Below are positions 1-12,600 of a stretch of DNA of 64,000 nt, one piece after another. Every line of letters starts with the position of its first letter. The first letter of the stretch is position 1. Below the pieces are notes generated by a model. That model was given only the letters and a program-made list of their open reading frames with translations, made no database searches and had not been told where the DNA came from. The position numbers were made by a program, and so were the translations under genes. The stretch comes from Eledone cirrhosa (taxonomy: Eukaryota), in the NCBI GenBank assembly GCA_964016885.1, contig OZ024740.1:35526001-35590000 (forward strand). Reading direction: 5' to 3'.

Positions 1-561
1 AGTTAGATGGAAGGTGTTGTGGTTCAACATGCGACAGTTAGATGTATGGTTTTGTGGTTTAACAGGCGACAGTGACATGTAAGATGTTGTGGTTTAACAG
101 GCGACAGTGAGATGTAAGGTGTTGTGGTTTTACAGGCGACAGTGAGACGTAAGGTGTAGTGGTTTAACAGGTGACAGTTAGTTGTAACGTATAGTGGTTT
201 AACAGGCGACAGTTAGATGTAAGGTGTTGTGGTTTAAGAGGCGACAGTGAGATGTAAGGTGTTGTGGTTCAACAGGCGACAGTTAGATGTAAGGTGTTGA
301 GGTTTAACAGGTGACAGTTAGATGTAAGGTGTTGTGGTTTAACAGGCGACAGTGAGATGTAAGGTGTAGTTGGTTAACGGGTGACAGTTAGATGTAAGGT
401 GTTGTCGTTTAACAGGCAAAAGTTAGATGGAAGGTGTTGTGGTTTAACAGGTGACAGTGAGATGTAAGGTATAGTAGTTTAACAGGCGACAGTGAGATGT
501 AAGGTGTTGTGGTTCAACAGGCGACAGTTAGATGTAAGGTTTTGTGGTTTAACAGGTGACA

Positions 562-595
562 GTTAGATGTAAGGTGTTGTGGTTTAACAGACGCA
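562..595 (+). repeat. 34-bp variant monomer (..ACAGACGCAGTGAG..), followed by a GGATTAAC monomer, example copy
   Basis: About 13 copies near 591, 4329, 5935, 6773, 8519, 11981, 15441, 21276, 23053, 30181, 34826, 47331, 49113. None seen after about 49.2 kb. Confidence 0.9.
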
Positions 596-1974
596 GTGAG
601 ATGTAAGGTGTTGTGGATTAACAGGCGACAGTGAGATGTAAGGTGTTGTGGTTTAACAGGCGACAGTGAGATGTAAGGTGTTGTGGTTTAACAGGCGACA
701 GTGAAATGTAAGGTGTAGTGGTTTAACAGGTGACAGTTAGATGTATGATGTTGTCGTTAAACAGGCGACAGTTAGATGTAAGGTGTTGTGGTTCAACAGG
801 CGAAAGTTAGATGTAAGGTGTTGTGGTTTCACAGGTGATAGTTAGATGTAAGGTGTTGTGGTTTAAGAGGCGACAGTTAGATGTAAGGTGTTGTGGTTCA
901 ACAGGCGACAGTTAGATGTAAGGTGTTGTCGTTTAACAGGCGACAGTGAGATGTAAGTTGTTGTGGTTTAACAGGCGACAGTGAGATGTAAGGTGTTGTG
1001 GTTTAACAGGCGACAGTGAGATGTAAGGTGTAGTGGTTTAACAGGTGACAGTTAGATGTATGGTGTTGTCGTTAAACAGGCGACAGTTAGATGTAAGGTG
1101 TTGTGGTCTAACAGACGTCAGTTAGATGTAAGGTGTTGTGGTTCAACAGACGAGAGTTAAATGTAAGGTGTTGTGGTTTAGCAGACGACAGTTAGATGTA
1201 AGGTGTAGTTGTTTAACAGGTGACAGTTAGATGTAGGGTGTTGTCGTTTAACAGGCGACAGTTAGATTGAAGGTGTTGTGGTTTAACCGGTGACAGTTAG
1301 ATGTAAGGTATAGTGGTTTAACAGGCGACAGTTAGATGTAAGGTGTTGTGGTTTAACAGGCGACAGCGAGATGTAAGGTGTTGTGGTTCAACAGGCGACG
1401 GTTAGATGTATGGTGTTGTGGTTTAACAGGTGACAGTTAGATGTAAGGTGTTGTGGTTTAACAGGCGACAGTGAGTTGTTAGGTGTTGTGGTTTAACAGG
1501 CGACAGTGAGATGTAAGGTGTAGTGGTTTAACAGGTGACAGTTAGATGTATGGTGTTGTCGTTAAACAGGCGACAGTTTGATGGAAGGTGTTGTGGTTTC
1601 ACAGGTGACAGTTAGATGAAAGGTGTTATGGTTTAACAGGCGACAGTTAGATGTAAGGTGTTGTGGTTCAACAGGTGACAGTTAGATGTAAGGTGTTGAG
1701 GTTTAACAGGTGACAGTTAGATGTAAGGTGTTGTGGTTTAACAGGCGACAGTGAGATGTAAGGTGTTGTGGTTTAACAGACGACAGTGAGATGTAAGGTG
1801 TTGTGGTTTAACAGGTGACAGTTCGACGTAAGGTGTTGTGGTTTAACAAACGTCAGTTAGATGTAAGGTGTTGTGGTTCAACAGGCGACATTTAGATGTA
1901 ACGTGTTGTGGTTTAACAGGTGACAGTTAGATGTAAGGTGTTGTGGTTTAACAGGTGACAGTTATATGTAAGGT

Positions 1975-2482
1975 GTAGTGGTTTAACAGACGACAGTTAG
2001 ATGTAAGGTGTAGTGGTTTAACAGACGACAGTTAGATGTAAGGTGTAGTGGTTCAACAGGCGACAGTTAGATGTAAGGTGTCCTGGTTTAACAGACGACA
2101 GTTAGATCTAAGTTTTAGTGGTTTAACAGACGACAGTTAGATGTAAGCTGTAGTGGTTCAACAGACGACAGTTAAATGTAAGGTGTTGTGGTTTAACAGG
2201 TGAAAGTTAGATGTAAGGTGTAGTGGTTTAAGAGACGGCAGTTAGATGTACGGTGTAATGGTTTAATAGGCGACAGTTAGATGTAAGGTGTAGTGGTTTA
2301 ACAGACGAGAGTTAAATGTAAGGTATTGTGGTTTAACAGGCGACAGTTAGATGTAAGGTGTTGTGGTTTAACAGACGTCAGTTAGATGTAAGGTGTTGTG
2401 GTTCAACGGACGAGAGTTAAATGTAAGGTGTTGTGGTTTAACAGACGACAGTTAGATGTAATGAGTCGTTTAACAGTCATTA
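1975..2482 (+). repeat. Recurrent diverged block of about 14 monomers (rich in GTAGTGG / AGACGAC variants, containing GTCCTGG, AGATCTAAGTTTTAG, AAGCTGTAG, GGTGAAAG, GACGGCAG) ending in a 32-bp monomer
   Basis: The same ordered variants occur with GTCCTGG near 2082, 18329, 25977, 27234, 38691, 39948, 43196, 51757, 56616 and 62000. Confidence 0.9.
2451..2482 (+). repeat. 32-bp variant monomer type A (GTTAGATGTAATGAGTCGTTTAACAGT[CA/CG/TG]TTA), example copy
   Basis: About 21 copies, e.g. near 2461, 3858, 5429, 7839, 18708, 20701, 22374, 26356, 27613, 29571, 32258, 34215, 39071, 40328, 42285, 43575, 46688, 48434, 52137, 56996, 62380. Each shifts the register by 3 bp. Confidence 0.92.
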
Positions 2483-5400
2483 GTTAGATGTAAGGTGTAG
2501 TGGTTTAACAGGTGACAGTTAGATGTAAGGTGTTGTCGTTTAACAGGGGACAGTTAGATGGAAGTTGTTGTGGTTCAACATGCGACAGTTAGATGTATGG
2601 TGTTGTGGTTTAACAGGCGACAGTGACATGTAAGGTGTTGTGGTTTAACAGGCGACAGTGTGATGTAAGGTGTTGTGGTTTAACAGGCGACAGTGAGATG
2701 TAAGGTGTTGTGGTTCAACAGGCGACAGTTAGATGTATGGTGTTGTGGTTTAACAGGCGACAGTGACATGTAAGATGTTGTGGTTTAACAGGCGACAGTG
2801 AAATGTAAGGTGTAGTGGGTTAACGGGTGACAGTTAGATGTAAGGTGTTGTCGTTTAACAGGCAACAGTTAGATGGAAGGTGTTGTGGTTTAACAGGCGA
2901 CAGTTAGATGTAAGGTATAGTGGTTTAACAGGCGACAGTGAGATGTAAGGTGTTGTGGTTCAACAGGCGACAGTTAGATGTATGGTGTTGTGGTTCAACA
3001 GGTGACAGTTAGATGTATGGTGTTGTGGTTTCACAGGTGACAGTTAGATGTAAGGTGTTGTGGTTTAACAGGCGACAGTGAGTTGTAAGGTGTTGTGGTT
3101 TAACAGGCGACAGTGAGATGTAAGGTGTAGTGGTTTAACAGGTGACAGTTAGATGTATGGTGTTGTCGTTAAACAGGCGACAGTTAGATTGAAGGTGTTG
3201 TGGTTTCACAGGTGACAGTTAGATGTAAGGTGTTGAGGTTTAACAGGTGACAGTTAGATGTAAGGGGTTGTGGTTTAACAGGTGACAGTTCGACGTAAGG
3301 TGTTGTGGTTTAACAAACGTCAGTTAGATGTAAGGTGTTGTGGTTCAACAGGCGACATTTAGATGTAAGGTGTTGTGGTTTAACAGGTGACAGTTAGATG
3401 TAAGGTGTTGTGGTTTAACAGGTCACAGTTAGATGTAAGGTGTAGGGGTTTAACAGGCAACAGTTGGATGTAAGGTGTTGTGGTTTAACAGGTGACAGTT
3501 AGATGTAAGATTTTGTGGTTTAACAGGCGACAGTTAGATGTAATGTCTTCTGGTTTAACAGGCAACAGTTAGATGTAAGGTGTTGTGGTTTAACAGGTGA
3601 CAGTTAGATGTAAGGTGTAGAGATTTAACAGACGTCAGTTAGATGTAAGGTGTAGTGGTTTAATAGGCGACAGTTAGATGTAAGGTGTAGTGGTTTAATA
3701 GGCGACAGTTAAATGTAAGGTGTTGTGGTTTAACAGGCGACAGTTAGATGTAAGGTGTTGTGGTTTAACAGACGTCAGTTAGATGTAAGGTGTTGTGGTT
3801 CAACGGACGAGAGTTAAATGTAAGGTGTTGTGGTTTAACAGACGACAGTTAGATGTAATGAGTCGTTTAACAGTCGTTAGTTAGATGTAAGGTGTAGTGG
3901 TTTAACAGGTGACAGTTAGATGTAAGGTATAGTGGTTTAACAGGCGACAGTTAGATGTAAGGTGTTGTGGTTTAAGAGGCGACAGTGAGATGTAAGGTGT
4001 TGTGGTTCAACAGGCGACAGTTAGATGTAAGGTGTTGAGCTTTAACAGGTGACAGTTAGATGTAAGGTGTTGTGGTTTAACAGGCGACAGTGAGATGTAA
4101 GGTGTAGTTGGTTAACGGGTGACAGTTAGATGTAAGGTGTTGTCGTTTAACAGGCAAAAGTTAGATGGAAGGTGTTGTGGTTTAACAGGTGACAGTGAGA
4201 TGTAAGGTATAGTGGTTTAACAGGCGACAGTGAGATGTAAGGTGTTGTGGTTCGACAGGCGACAGTTAGATGTAAGGTTTTGTGGTTTAACAGGTGACAG
4301 TGAGATGTAAGGTGTTGTGGTTTAACAGACGCAGTGAGATGTAAGGTGTTGTGGATTAACAGGTGACAGTTAGATGTAAGATGTTGTGGTTTAACAGACG
4401 ACAGTGAGATGTAAGGTGTTGTGGTTTAACAGGCGACAGTAAGATGTAAGGTGTTGTGGTTTAACAGGCGACAGTGAGATGTAAGGTGTTGTGGTTTAAC
4501 AGGCGACAGAGAAATGTAAGGTGTAGTGGTTTAACAGGTGACAGTTAGATGTATGATGTTGTCGTTAAACAGGCGACAGTTAGATGTAAGGTGTTGTGGT
4601 TCAACAGGCGACAGTTAGATGTAAGGTGTTGTGGTTTCACAGGTGATAGTTAGATGTAAGGTGTTGTGGTTTAAGTGGCGACAGTTAGATGTAAGGTGTT
4701 GTGGTTCAACAGGCGACAGTTAGATGTAAGGTGTTGTCGTTTAACAGGCGACAGTGAGATGTAAGTTGTTGTGGTTTAACAGGCGACAGTGAGATGTAAG
4801 GTGTTGTGGTTTAACAGGCGACAGTGAGATGTAAGGTGTAGTGGTTTAACAGGTGACAGTTAGATGTATGGTGTTGTCGTTAAACAGGCGACAGTTAGAT
4901 GTAAGGTGTTGTGGTTTAACAGACGTCAGTTAGATGTAAGGTGTTGTGGTTCAACAGACGAGAGTTAAATGTAAGGTGTTGTGGTTTAGCAGACGACAGT
5001 TAGATGTAGGGTGTAGTGGTTTAACAGGTGACAGTTAGATGTAGGGTGTTGTCGTTTAACAGGCGACAGTTAGATTGAAGGTGTTGTGGTTTAACCGGTG
5101 ACAGTTAGATGTAAGGTATAGTGGTTTAACAGGCGACAGTTAGATGTAAGGTGTTGTGGTTTAACAGGCGACAGCGAGATGTAAGGTGTTGTGGTTCAAC
5201 AGGCGACGGTTAGATGTATGGTGTTGTGGTTTAACAGGTGACAGTTAGATGCAAGGTGTTGTGGTTTAACAGGCGACAGTTAAATGTAAGGTGTTGTGGT
5301 TTAACAGGCGACAGTTAGATGTAAGGTGTTGTGGTTTAACAGACGTCAGTTAGATGTAAGGTGTTGTGGTTCAACGGACGAGAGTTAAATGTAAGGTGTT

Positions 5401-8400
5401 GTGGTTTAACAGACGACAGTTAGATGTAATGAGTCGTTTAACAGTCGTTAGTTAGATGTAAGGTGTAGTGGTTTAACAGGTGACAGTTAGATGTAAGGTG
5501 TTGTCGTTTAACAAGCGACAGTTAGATGGAAGGTGTTGTGGTTCAACATGCGACAGTTAGATGTAAGGTGTTGTGGTTTAAGAGGCGACAGTGAGATGTA
5601 AGGTGTTGTGGTTCAACAGGCGACAGTTAGATGTAAGGTGTTGAGGTTTAACAGGTGACAGTTAGATGTAAGGTGTTGTGGTTTAACAGGCGACAGTGAG
5701 ATGTAAGGTGTAGTTGGTTAACGGGCGACAGTTAGATGTAAGGTGTTGTCGTTTAACAGGCAAAAGTTAGATGGAAGGTGTTGTGGTTTAACAGGTGACA
5801 GTGAGATGTAAGGTATATTGGTTTAACAGGCGACAGTGAGATGTAAGGTGTTGTGGTTCGACAGGCGACAGTTAGATGTAAGGTTTTTTGGTTTAACAGG
5901 TGACAGTTAGATGTAAGGTGTTGTGGTTTAACAGACGCAGTGAGATGTAAGGTGTTGTGGATTAACAGGTGACAGTTAGATGTAAGATGTTGTGGTTTAA
6001 CAGACGACAGTGAGATGTAAGGTGTTGTGGTTTAACAGGCGACAGTGAGATGTAAGGTGTTGTGGTTTAACAGGCGACAGTGAGATGTAAGGTGTTGTGG
6101 TTTAACAGGCGACAGTGAAATGTAAGGTGTAGTGGTTTAACAGGTGACAGTTAGATGTAAGGTGTTGTGGTTTAACAGGCGACAGTGAGATGTAAGGTGT
6201 AGTGGTTTAACAGGTGACAGTGAGATGTAAGGTATAGTGGTTTAACAGGCGACAGTTAGATGTAAGGTGTTGTGGTTTAAGAGGCGACAGTGAGATGTAA
6301 GGTGTTGTGGTTCAACAGGCGACAGTGAGATGTAAGGTGTAGTGGTTTAACAGGTGACAGTTAGATGTAAGGTATAGTGGTTTAACAGGCGACAGTTAGA
6401 TGTAAGGTGTTGTGGTTTAAGAGGCGACAGTGAGATGTAAGGTGTTGTGGTTCAACAGGCGACAGTTAGATGTAAGGTGTTGAGCTTTAACAGGTGACAG
6501 TTAGATGTAAGGTGTTGTGGTTTAACAGGCGACAGTGAGATGTAAGGTGTAGTTGGTTAACGGGTGACAGTTAGATGTAAGGTGTTGTCGTTTAACAGGC
6601 AAAAGTTAGATGGAAGGTGTTGTGGTTTAACAGGTGACAGTGAGATGTAAGGTATAGTGGTTTAACAGGCGACAGTGAGATGTAAGGTGTTGTGGTTCGA
6701 CAGGCGACAGTTAGATGTAAGGTTTTGTGGTTTAACAGGTGACAGTGAGATGTAAGGTGTTGTGGTTTAACAGACGCAGTGAGATGTAAGGTGTTGTGGA
6801 TTAACAGGTGACAGTTAGATGTAAGATGTTGTGGTTTAACAGACGACAGTGAGATGTAAGGTGTTGTGGTTTAACAGGCGACAGTAAGATGTAAGGTGTT
6901 GTGGTTTAACAGGCGACAGTGAGATGTAAGGTGTTGTGGTTTAACAGGCGACAGAGAAATGTAAGGTGTAGTGGTTTAACAGGTGACAGTTAGATGTATG
7001 ATGTTGTCGTTAAACAGGCGACAGTTAGATGTAAGGTGTTGTGGTTCAACAGGCGACAGTTAGATGTAAGGTGTTGTGGTTTCACAGGTGATAGTTAGAT
7101 GTAAGGTGTTGTGGTTTAAGTGGCGACAGTTAGATGTAAGGTGTTGTGGTTCAACAGGCGACAGTTAGATGTAAGGTGTTGTCGTTTAACAGGCGACAGT
7201 GAGATGTAAGGTGTTGTGGTTTAACAGGCGACAGTGAGATGTAAGGTGTAGTGGTTTAACAGGTGACAGTTAGATGTATGGTGTTGTCGTTAAACAGGCG
7301 ACAGTTAGATGTAAGGTGTTGTGGTTTAACAGACGTCAGTTAGATGTAAGGTGTTGTGGTTCAACAGACGAGAGTTAAATGTAAGGTGTTGTGGTTTAGC
7401 AGACGACAGTTAGATGTAGGGTGTAGTGGTTTAACAGGTGACAGTTAGATGTAGGGTGTTGTCGTTTAACAGGCGACAGTTAGATTGAAGGTGTTGTGGT
7501 TTAACCGGTGACAGTTAGATGTAAGGTATAGTGGTTTAACAGGCGACAGTTAGATGTAAGGTGTTGTGGTTTAACAGGCGACAGCGAGATGTAAGGTGTT
7601 GTGGTTCAACAGGCGACGGTTAGATGTATGGTGTTGTGGTTTAACAGGTGACAGTTAGATGTAAGGTGTTGTGGTTTAACAGGCGACAGTGAGTTGTTAG
7701 GTGTTGTGGTTTAACAGGCGACAGTTAGATGTAAGGTGTTGTGGTTTAACAGACGTCAGTTAGATGTAAGGTGTTGTGGTTCAACGGACGAGAGTTAAAT
7801 GTAAGGTGTTGTGGTTTAACAGACGACAGTTAGATGTAATGAGTCGTTTAACAGTCGTTAGTTAGATGTAAGGTGTAGTGGTTTAACAGGTGACAGTTAG
7901 ATGTAAGGTGTTGTCGTTTAACAAGCGACAGTTAGATGGAAGGTGTTGTGGTTCAACATGCGACAGTTAGATGTATGGTGTTGTGGTTTAACAGGCGACA
8001 GTGACATGTAAGATGTTGTGGTTTAACAGGCGACAGTGAGATGTAAGGTGTTGTGGTTTAACAGGCGACAGTGAGATGTAAGGTGTAGTGGTTTAACAGG
8101 TGACAGTTAGATGTAAGGTATAGTGGTTTAACAGGCGACAGTTAGATGTAAGGTGTTGTGGTTTAAGAGGCGACAGTGAGATGTAAGGTGTTGTGGTTCA
8201 ACAGGCGACAGTTAGATGTAAGGTGTTGAGGTTTAACAGGTGACAGTTAGATGTAAGGTGTTGTGGTTTAACAGGCGACAGTGAGATGTAAGGTGTAGTT
8301 GGTTAACGGGTGACAGTTAGATGTAAGGTGTTGTCGTTTAACAGGCAAAAGTTAGATGGAAGGTGTTGTGGTTTAACAGGTGACAGTGAGATGTAAGGTA

Positions 8401-9648
8401 TAGTGGTTTAACAGGCGACAGTGAGATGTAAGGTGTTGTGGTTCGACAGGCGACAGTTAGATGTAAGGTTTTTTGGTTTAACAGGTGACAGTTAGATGTA
8501 AGGTGTTGTGGTTTAACAGACGCAGTGAGATGTAAGGTGTTGTGGATTAACAGGTGACAGTTAGATGTAAGATGTTGTGGTTTAACAGACGACAGTGAGA
8601 TGTAAGGTGTTGTGGTTTAACAGGCGACAGTGAGATGTAAGGTGTTGTGGTTTAACAGGCGACAGTGAGATGTAAGGTGTTGTGGTTTAACAGGCGACAG
8701 TGAAATGTAAGGTGTAGTGGTTTAACAGGTGACAGTTAGATGTATGATGTTGTCGTTAAACAGGCGACAGTTAGATGTAAAGTGTTGTGGTTCAACAGGC
8801 GACAGTTAGATGTAAGGTGTTGTGGTTTCACAGGTGATAGTTAGATGTAAGGTGTTGTGGTTTAAGAGGCGACAGTTAGATGTAAGGTGTTGTGGTTCAA
8901 CAGGCGACAGTTAGATGTAAGGTGTTGTCGTTTAACAGGCGACAGTGAGATGTAAGTTGTTGTGGTTTAACAGGCGACAGTGAGATGTAAGGTGTTGTGG
9001 TTTAACAGGCGACAGTGAGATGTAAGGTGTAGTGGTTTAACAGGTGACAGTTAGATGTATGGTGTTGTCGTTAAACAGGCGACAGTTAGATGTAAGGTGT
9101 TGTGGTTTAACAGACGTCAGTTAGATGTAAGGTGTTGTGGTTCAACAGACGAGAGTTATATGTAAGGTGTTGTGGTTTAGCAGACGACAGTTAGATGTAA
9201 GGTGTAGTGGTTTAACAGGTGACAGTTAGATGTAGGGTGTTGTCGTTTAACAGGCGACAGTTAGATTGAAGGTGTTGTGGTTTAACCGGTGACAGTTAGA
9301 TGTAAGGTATAGTGGTTTAACAGGCGACAGTTAGATGTAAGGTGTTGTGGTTTAACAGGCGACAGTGAGTTGTTAGGTGTTGTGGTTTAACAGGCGACAG
9401 TGAGATGTAAGGTGTAGTGGTTTAACAGGTGACAGTTAGATGTATGGTGTTGTCGTTAAACAGGCGACAGTTTGATGGAAGGTGTTGTGGTTTCACAGGT
9501 GACAGTTAGATGAAAGGTGTTGTGGTTTAACAGGCGACAGTTAGATGTAAGGTGTTGTGGTTCAACAGGTGACAGTTAGATGTAAGGTGTTGAGGTTTAA
9601 CAGGTGACAGTTAGATGTAAGGTGTTGTGGTTTAACAGGCGACAGTGA

Positions 9649-12600
9649 GATGTAAGGTGTTGTGGTTTAACAGACGACAGTGAGATGTAAGGTGTTGTGG
9701 TTTAACAGGTGACAGTTCGACGTAAGGTTTTGTGGTTTAACAAACGTCAGTTAGATGTAAGGTGTTGTGGTTCAACAGGCGACATTTAGATGTAACGTGT
9801 TGTGGTTTAACAGGTGACAGTTAGATGTAAGGTGTTGTGGTTTAACAGGTGACAGTTATATGTAAGGTGTAGGGGTTTAACAGGCAACATTTGGATGTAA
9901 GGTGTTGTGGTTTAACAGGTGACAGTTAGATGTAAGATTTTGTGGTTTAACAGGCGACAGCTAGATGTAATGTCTTCTGGTTTAACAGGCAACAGTTAGA
10001 TGTAAGGTGTTGTGGTTTAACAGGTGACAGTTAGATGTAAGGTGTAGAGGTTTAACAGACGACAGTTAGATGTGAGGTGTTGTGGTTTAACAGGTGACAG
10101 TTAGATGTAAGGTGTGGTGGTTTAACAGGCGACAGTTAGATGTAAGGTGTTGTGGTTTAACAGGTGACAGTTAGATGTAAGATGTTGTGGTTTAACAGGT
10201 GACAGTTGTATGAAAGTTGTTGTGGTTCAACAGACGAGAGTTAAATGTAAGGTGTTGTGGTTTAACAGACGACAGTTAGATGTAATGTGTTGTTTAACAG
10301 ACGTTAGTTAGATGTAAGGTGTAGTGGTTTAAGAGGTGAGAGTTAGATGTAAGGTGTTGTCGTTTAACAGGCGACAGTGAGATGTAAGTTGTTGTGGTTT
10401 AACAGGCGACAGTGAGATGTAAGGTGTTGTGGTTTAACAGGCGACAGTGAGATGTAAGGTGTAGTGGTTTAACAGGTGGCAGTTAGATGTATGGTGTTGT
10501 CGTTAAACAGGCGACAGTTAGATGTAAGGTGTTGTGGTTCAACAGGCGACAGTTAGATGTAAGGTGTTGTGGTTTAACAGGCGACAGTGAGATGTATTGT
10601 GTTGTGATTTCACAGGTGACAGTTAGATGTAAGGTGTTGTGGTTTAACAGGCGACAGTTAGATATAAGGTGTTGTGGTTTAACAGGCGACAGTGAGATGT
10701 AAGGTGTTGTGGTTTAACAGGCGACAGTGAGATGTAAGGTGTAGTGGTTTAACAGGTAACAGTTAGATGTATGGTGTTGTCGTTAAACAGGCGACAGTTA
10801 GATGGAAGGTGTTGTGGTTTCACAGGTGACAGTTAGATGTAAGGTGTTGTGGTTTAACAGGCGACAGTTAGATGTAAGGTGTTGTGGTTTAACAGGCGAC
10901 AGTTAGATGTAAGGTGTTGGGGTTTAACAGGCGACAGTTAGATGTAAGGTGTTGTCGTTTAACAGGCGACAGTTACATGGAAGGTGTTGTGGTTTAACAG
11001 GTGACAGTTAGATGTAAGGTGTTGTGGTTTAACAGGTGACAGTTAGATGTAAGGTGTAGGGGTTTAACAGGCAACAGTTGGATGTAAGGTGTTGTGGTTT
11101 AACAGGCGACAGTGAGATGTAAGGTGTTTTGGTTTAACAGACGACAGTGAGATGTAAGGTATGGTGGTTTAAAAGGTGACAGTTCGATGTAAGGTGTTGT
11201 GGTTTAACAGGTGACAGTTAGATGCAAGGTGTAGGAGTTTAACAAGCAACAGTTAGATGTAAGGTGTTGTGGCTTAACAGGTGACAGTTAGATGGAAGAT
11301 TTTGTGGTTTAACAGGCGACAGTTAGATGTAAGGTGTAGTGGTTTAACAGACGACAGTTAGATGTAAGGTGTAGTGGTTTAACAGACGACAGTTAGATGT
11401 AAGGTGTAGTGGTTCAACAGGCGACAGTTAGATGTATGGTTTTGTGGTTTAACAGGCGACAGTGACATGTAAGATGTTGTGGTTTAACAGGCGACAGTGA
11501 GATGTAAGGTGTTGTGGTTTAACAGGCGACAGTGAGACGTAAGGTGTAGTGGTTTAACAGGTGACAGTTAGTTGTAACGTATAGTGGTTTAACAGGCGAC
11601 AGTTAGATGTAAGGTGTTGTGGTTTAAGAGGCGACAGTGAGATGTAAGGTGTTGTGGTTCAACAGGCGACAGTTAGATGTAAGGTGTTGAGGTTTAACAG
11701 GTGACAGTTAGATGTAAGGTGTTGTGGTTTAACAGGCGACAGTGAGATGTAAGGTGTAGTTGGTTAACGGGTGACAGTTAGATGTAAGGTGTTGTCGTTT
11801 AACAGGCAAAAGTTAGATTGAAGGTGTTGTGGTTTAACAGGTGACAGTGAGATGTAAGGTATAGTGGTTTAACAGGCGACAGTGAGATGTAAGGTGTTGT
11901 GGTTCAACAGGCGACAGTTAGATGTAAGGTTTTGTGGTTTAACAGGTGACAGTTAGATGTAAGGTGTTGTGGTTTAACAGACGCAGTGAGATGTAAGGTG
12001 TTGTGGATTAACAGGTGACAGTTAGATGTAAGATGTTGTGGTTTAACAGACGACAGTGAGATGTAAGGTGTTGTGGTTTAACAGGCGACAGTGAGATGTA
12101 AGGTGTTGTGGTTTAACAGGCGACAGTGAGATGTAAGGTGTTGTGGTTTAACAGGCGACAGTGAAATGTAAGGTGTAGTGGTTTAACAGGTGACAGTTAG
12201 ATGTATGATGTTGTCGTTAAACAGGCGACAGTTAGATGTAAGGTGTTGTGGTTCAACAGGCGAAAGTTAGATGTAAGGTGTTGTGGTTTCACAGGTGATA
12301 GTTAGATGTAAGGTGTTGTGGTTTAAGAGGCGACAGTTAGATGTAAGGTGTTGTGGTTCAACAGGCGACAGTTAGATGTAAGGTGTTGTCGTTTAACAGG
12401 CGACAGTGAGATGTAAGTTGTTGTGGTTTAACAGGCGACAGTGAGATGTAAGGTGTTGTGGTTTAACAGGCGACAGTGAGATGTAAGGTGTAGTGGTTTA
12501 ACAGGTGACAGTTAGATGTATGGTGTTGTCGTTAAACAGGCGACAGTTAGATGTAAGGTGTTGTGGTTTAACAGACGTCAGTTAGATGTAAGGTGTTGTG

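Noticed and set aside
197-218. Integron attC-like words: GTTTAAC (RYYYAAC) followed by GTTAGAT (GTTRRRY)
   Set aside because: The words are only 8 bp apart. There are no complementary L boxes or long hairpin, no cassette ORFs and no integrase, so these are degenerate 7-mer matches.
1070-1090. Apparent covariation of the TGTCG variant with CGACA, forming a 5-bp stem
   Set aside because: Copies are related by descent, so they are not independent, and many TGTCG monomers carry GGCAAC, GGCAAA or GGGGAC, which break the stem.
10487-10702. Eight near-identical 71-aa + strand ORFs (10487, 13948, 17373, 25021, 31308, 35918, 37805, 50976)
   Set aside because: They are translations of about six monomers where variants happen to remove stops. 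The 35-aa internal repeat equals 3x35 bp. There is no recognisable domain or distinct flanking signal, and recurrence simply tracks the HOR.
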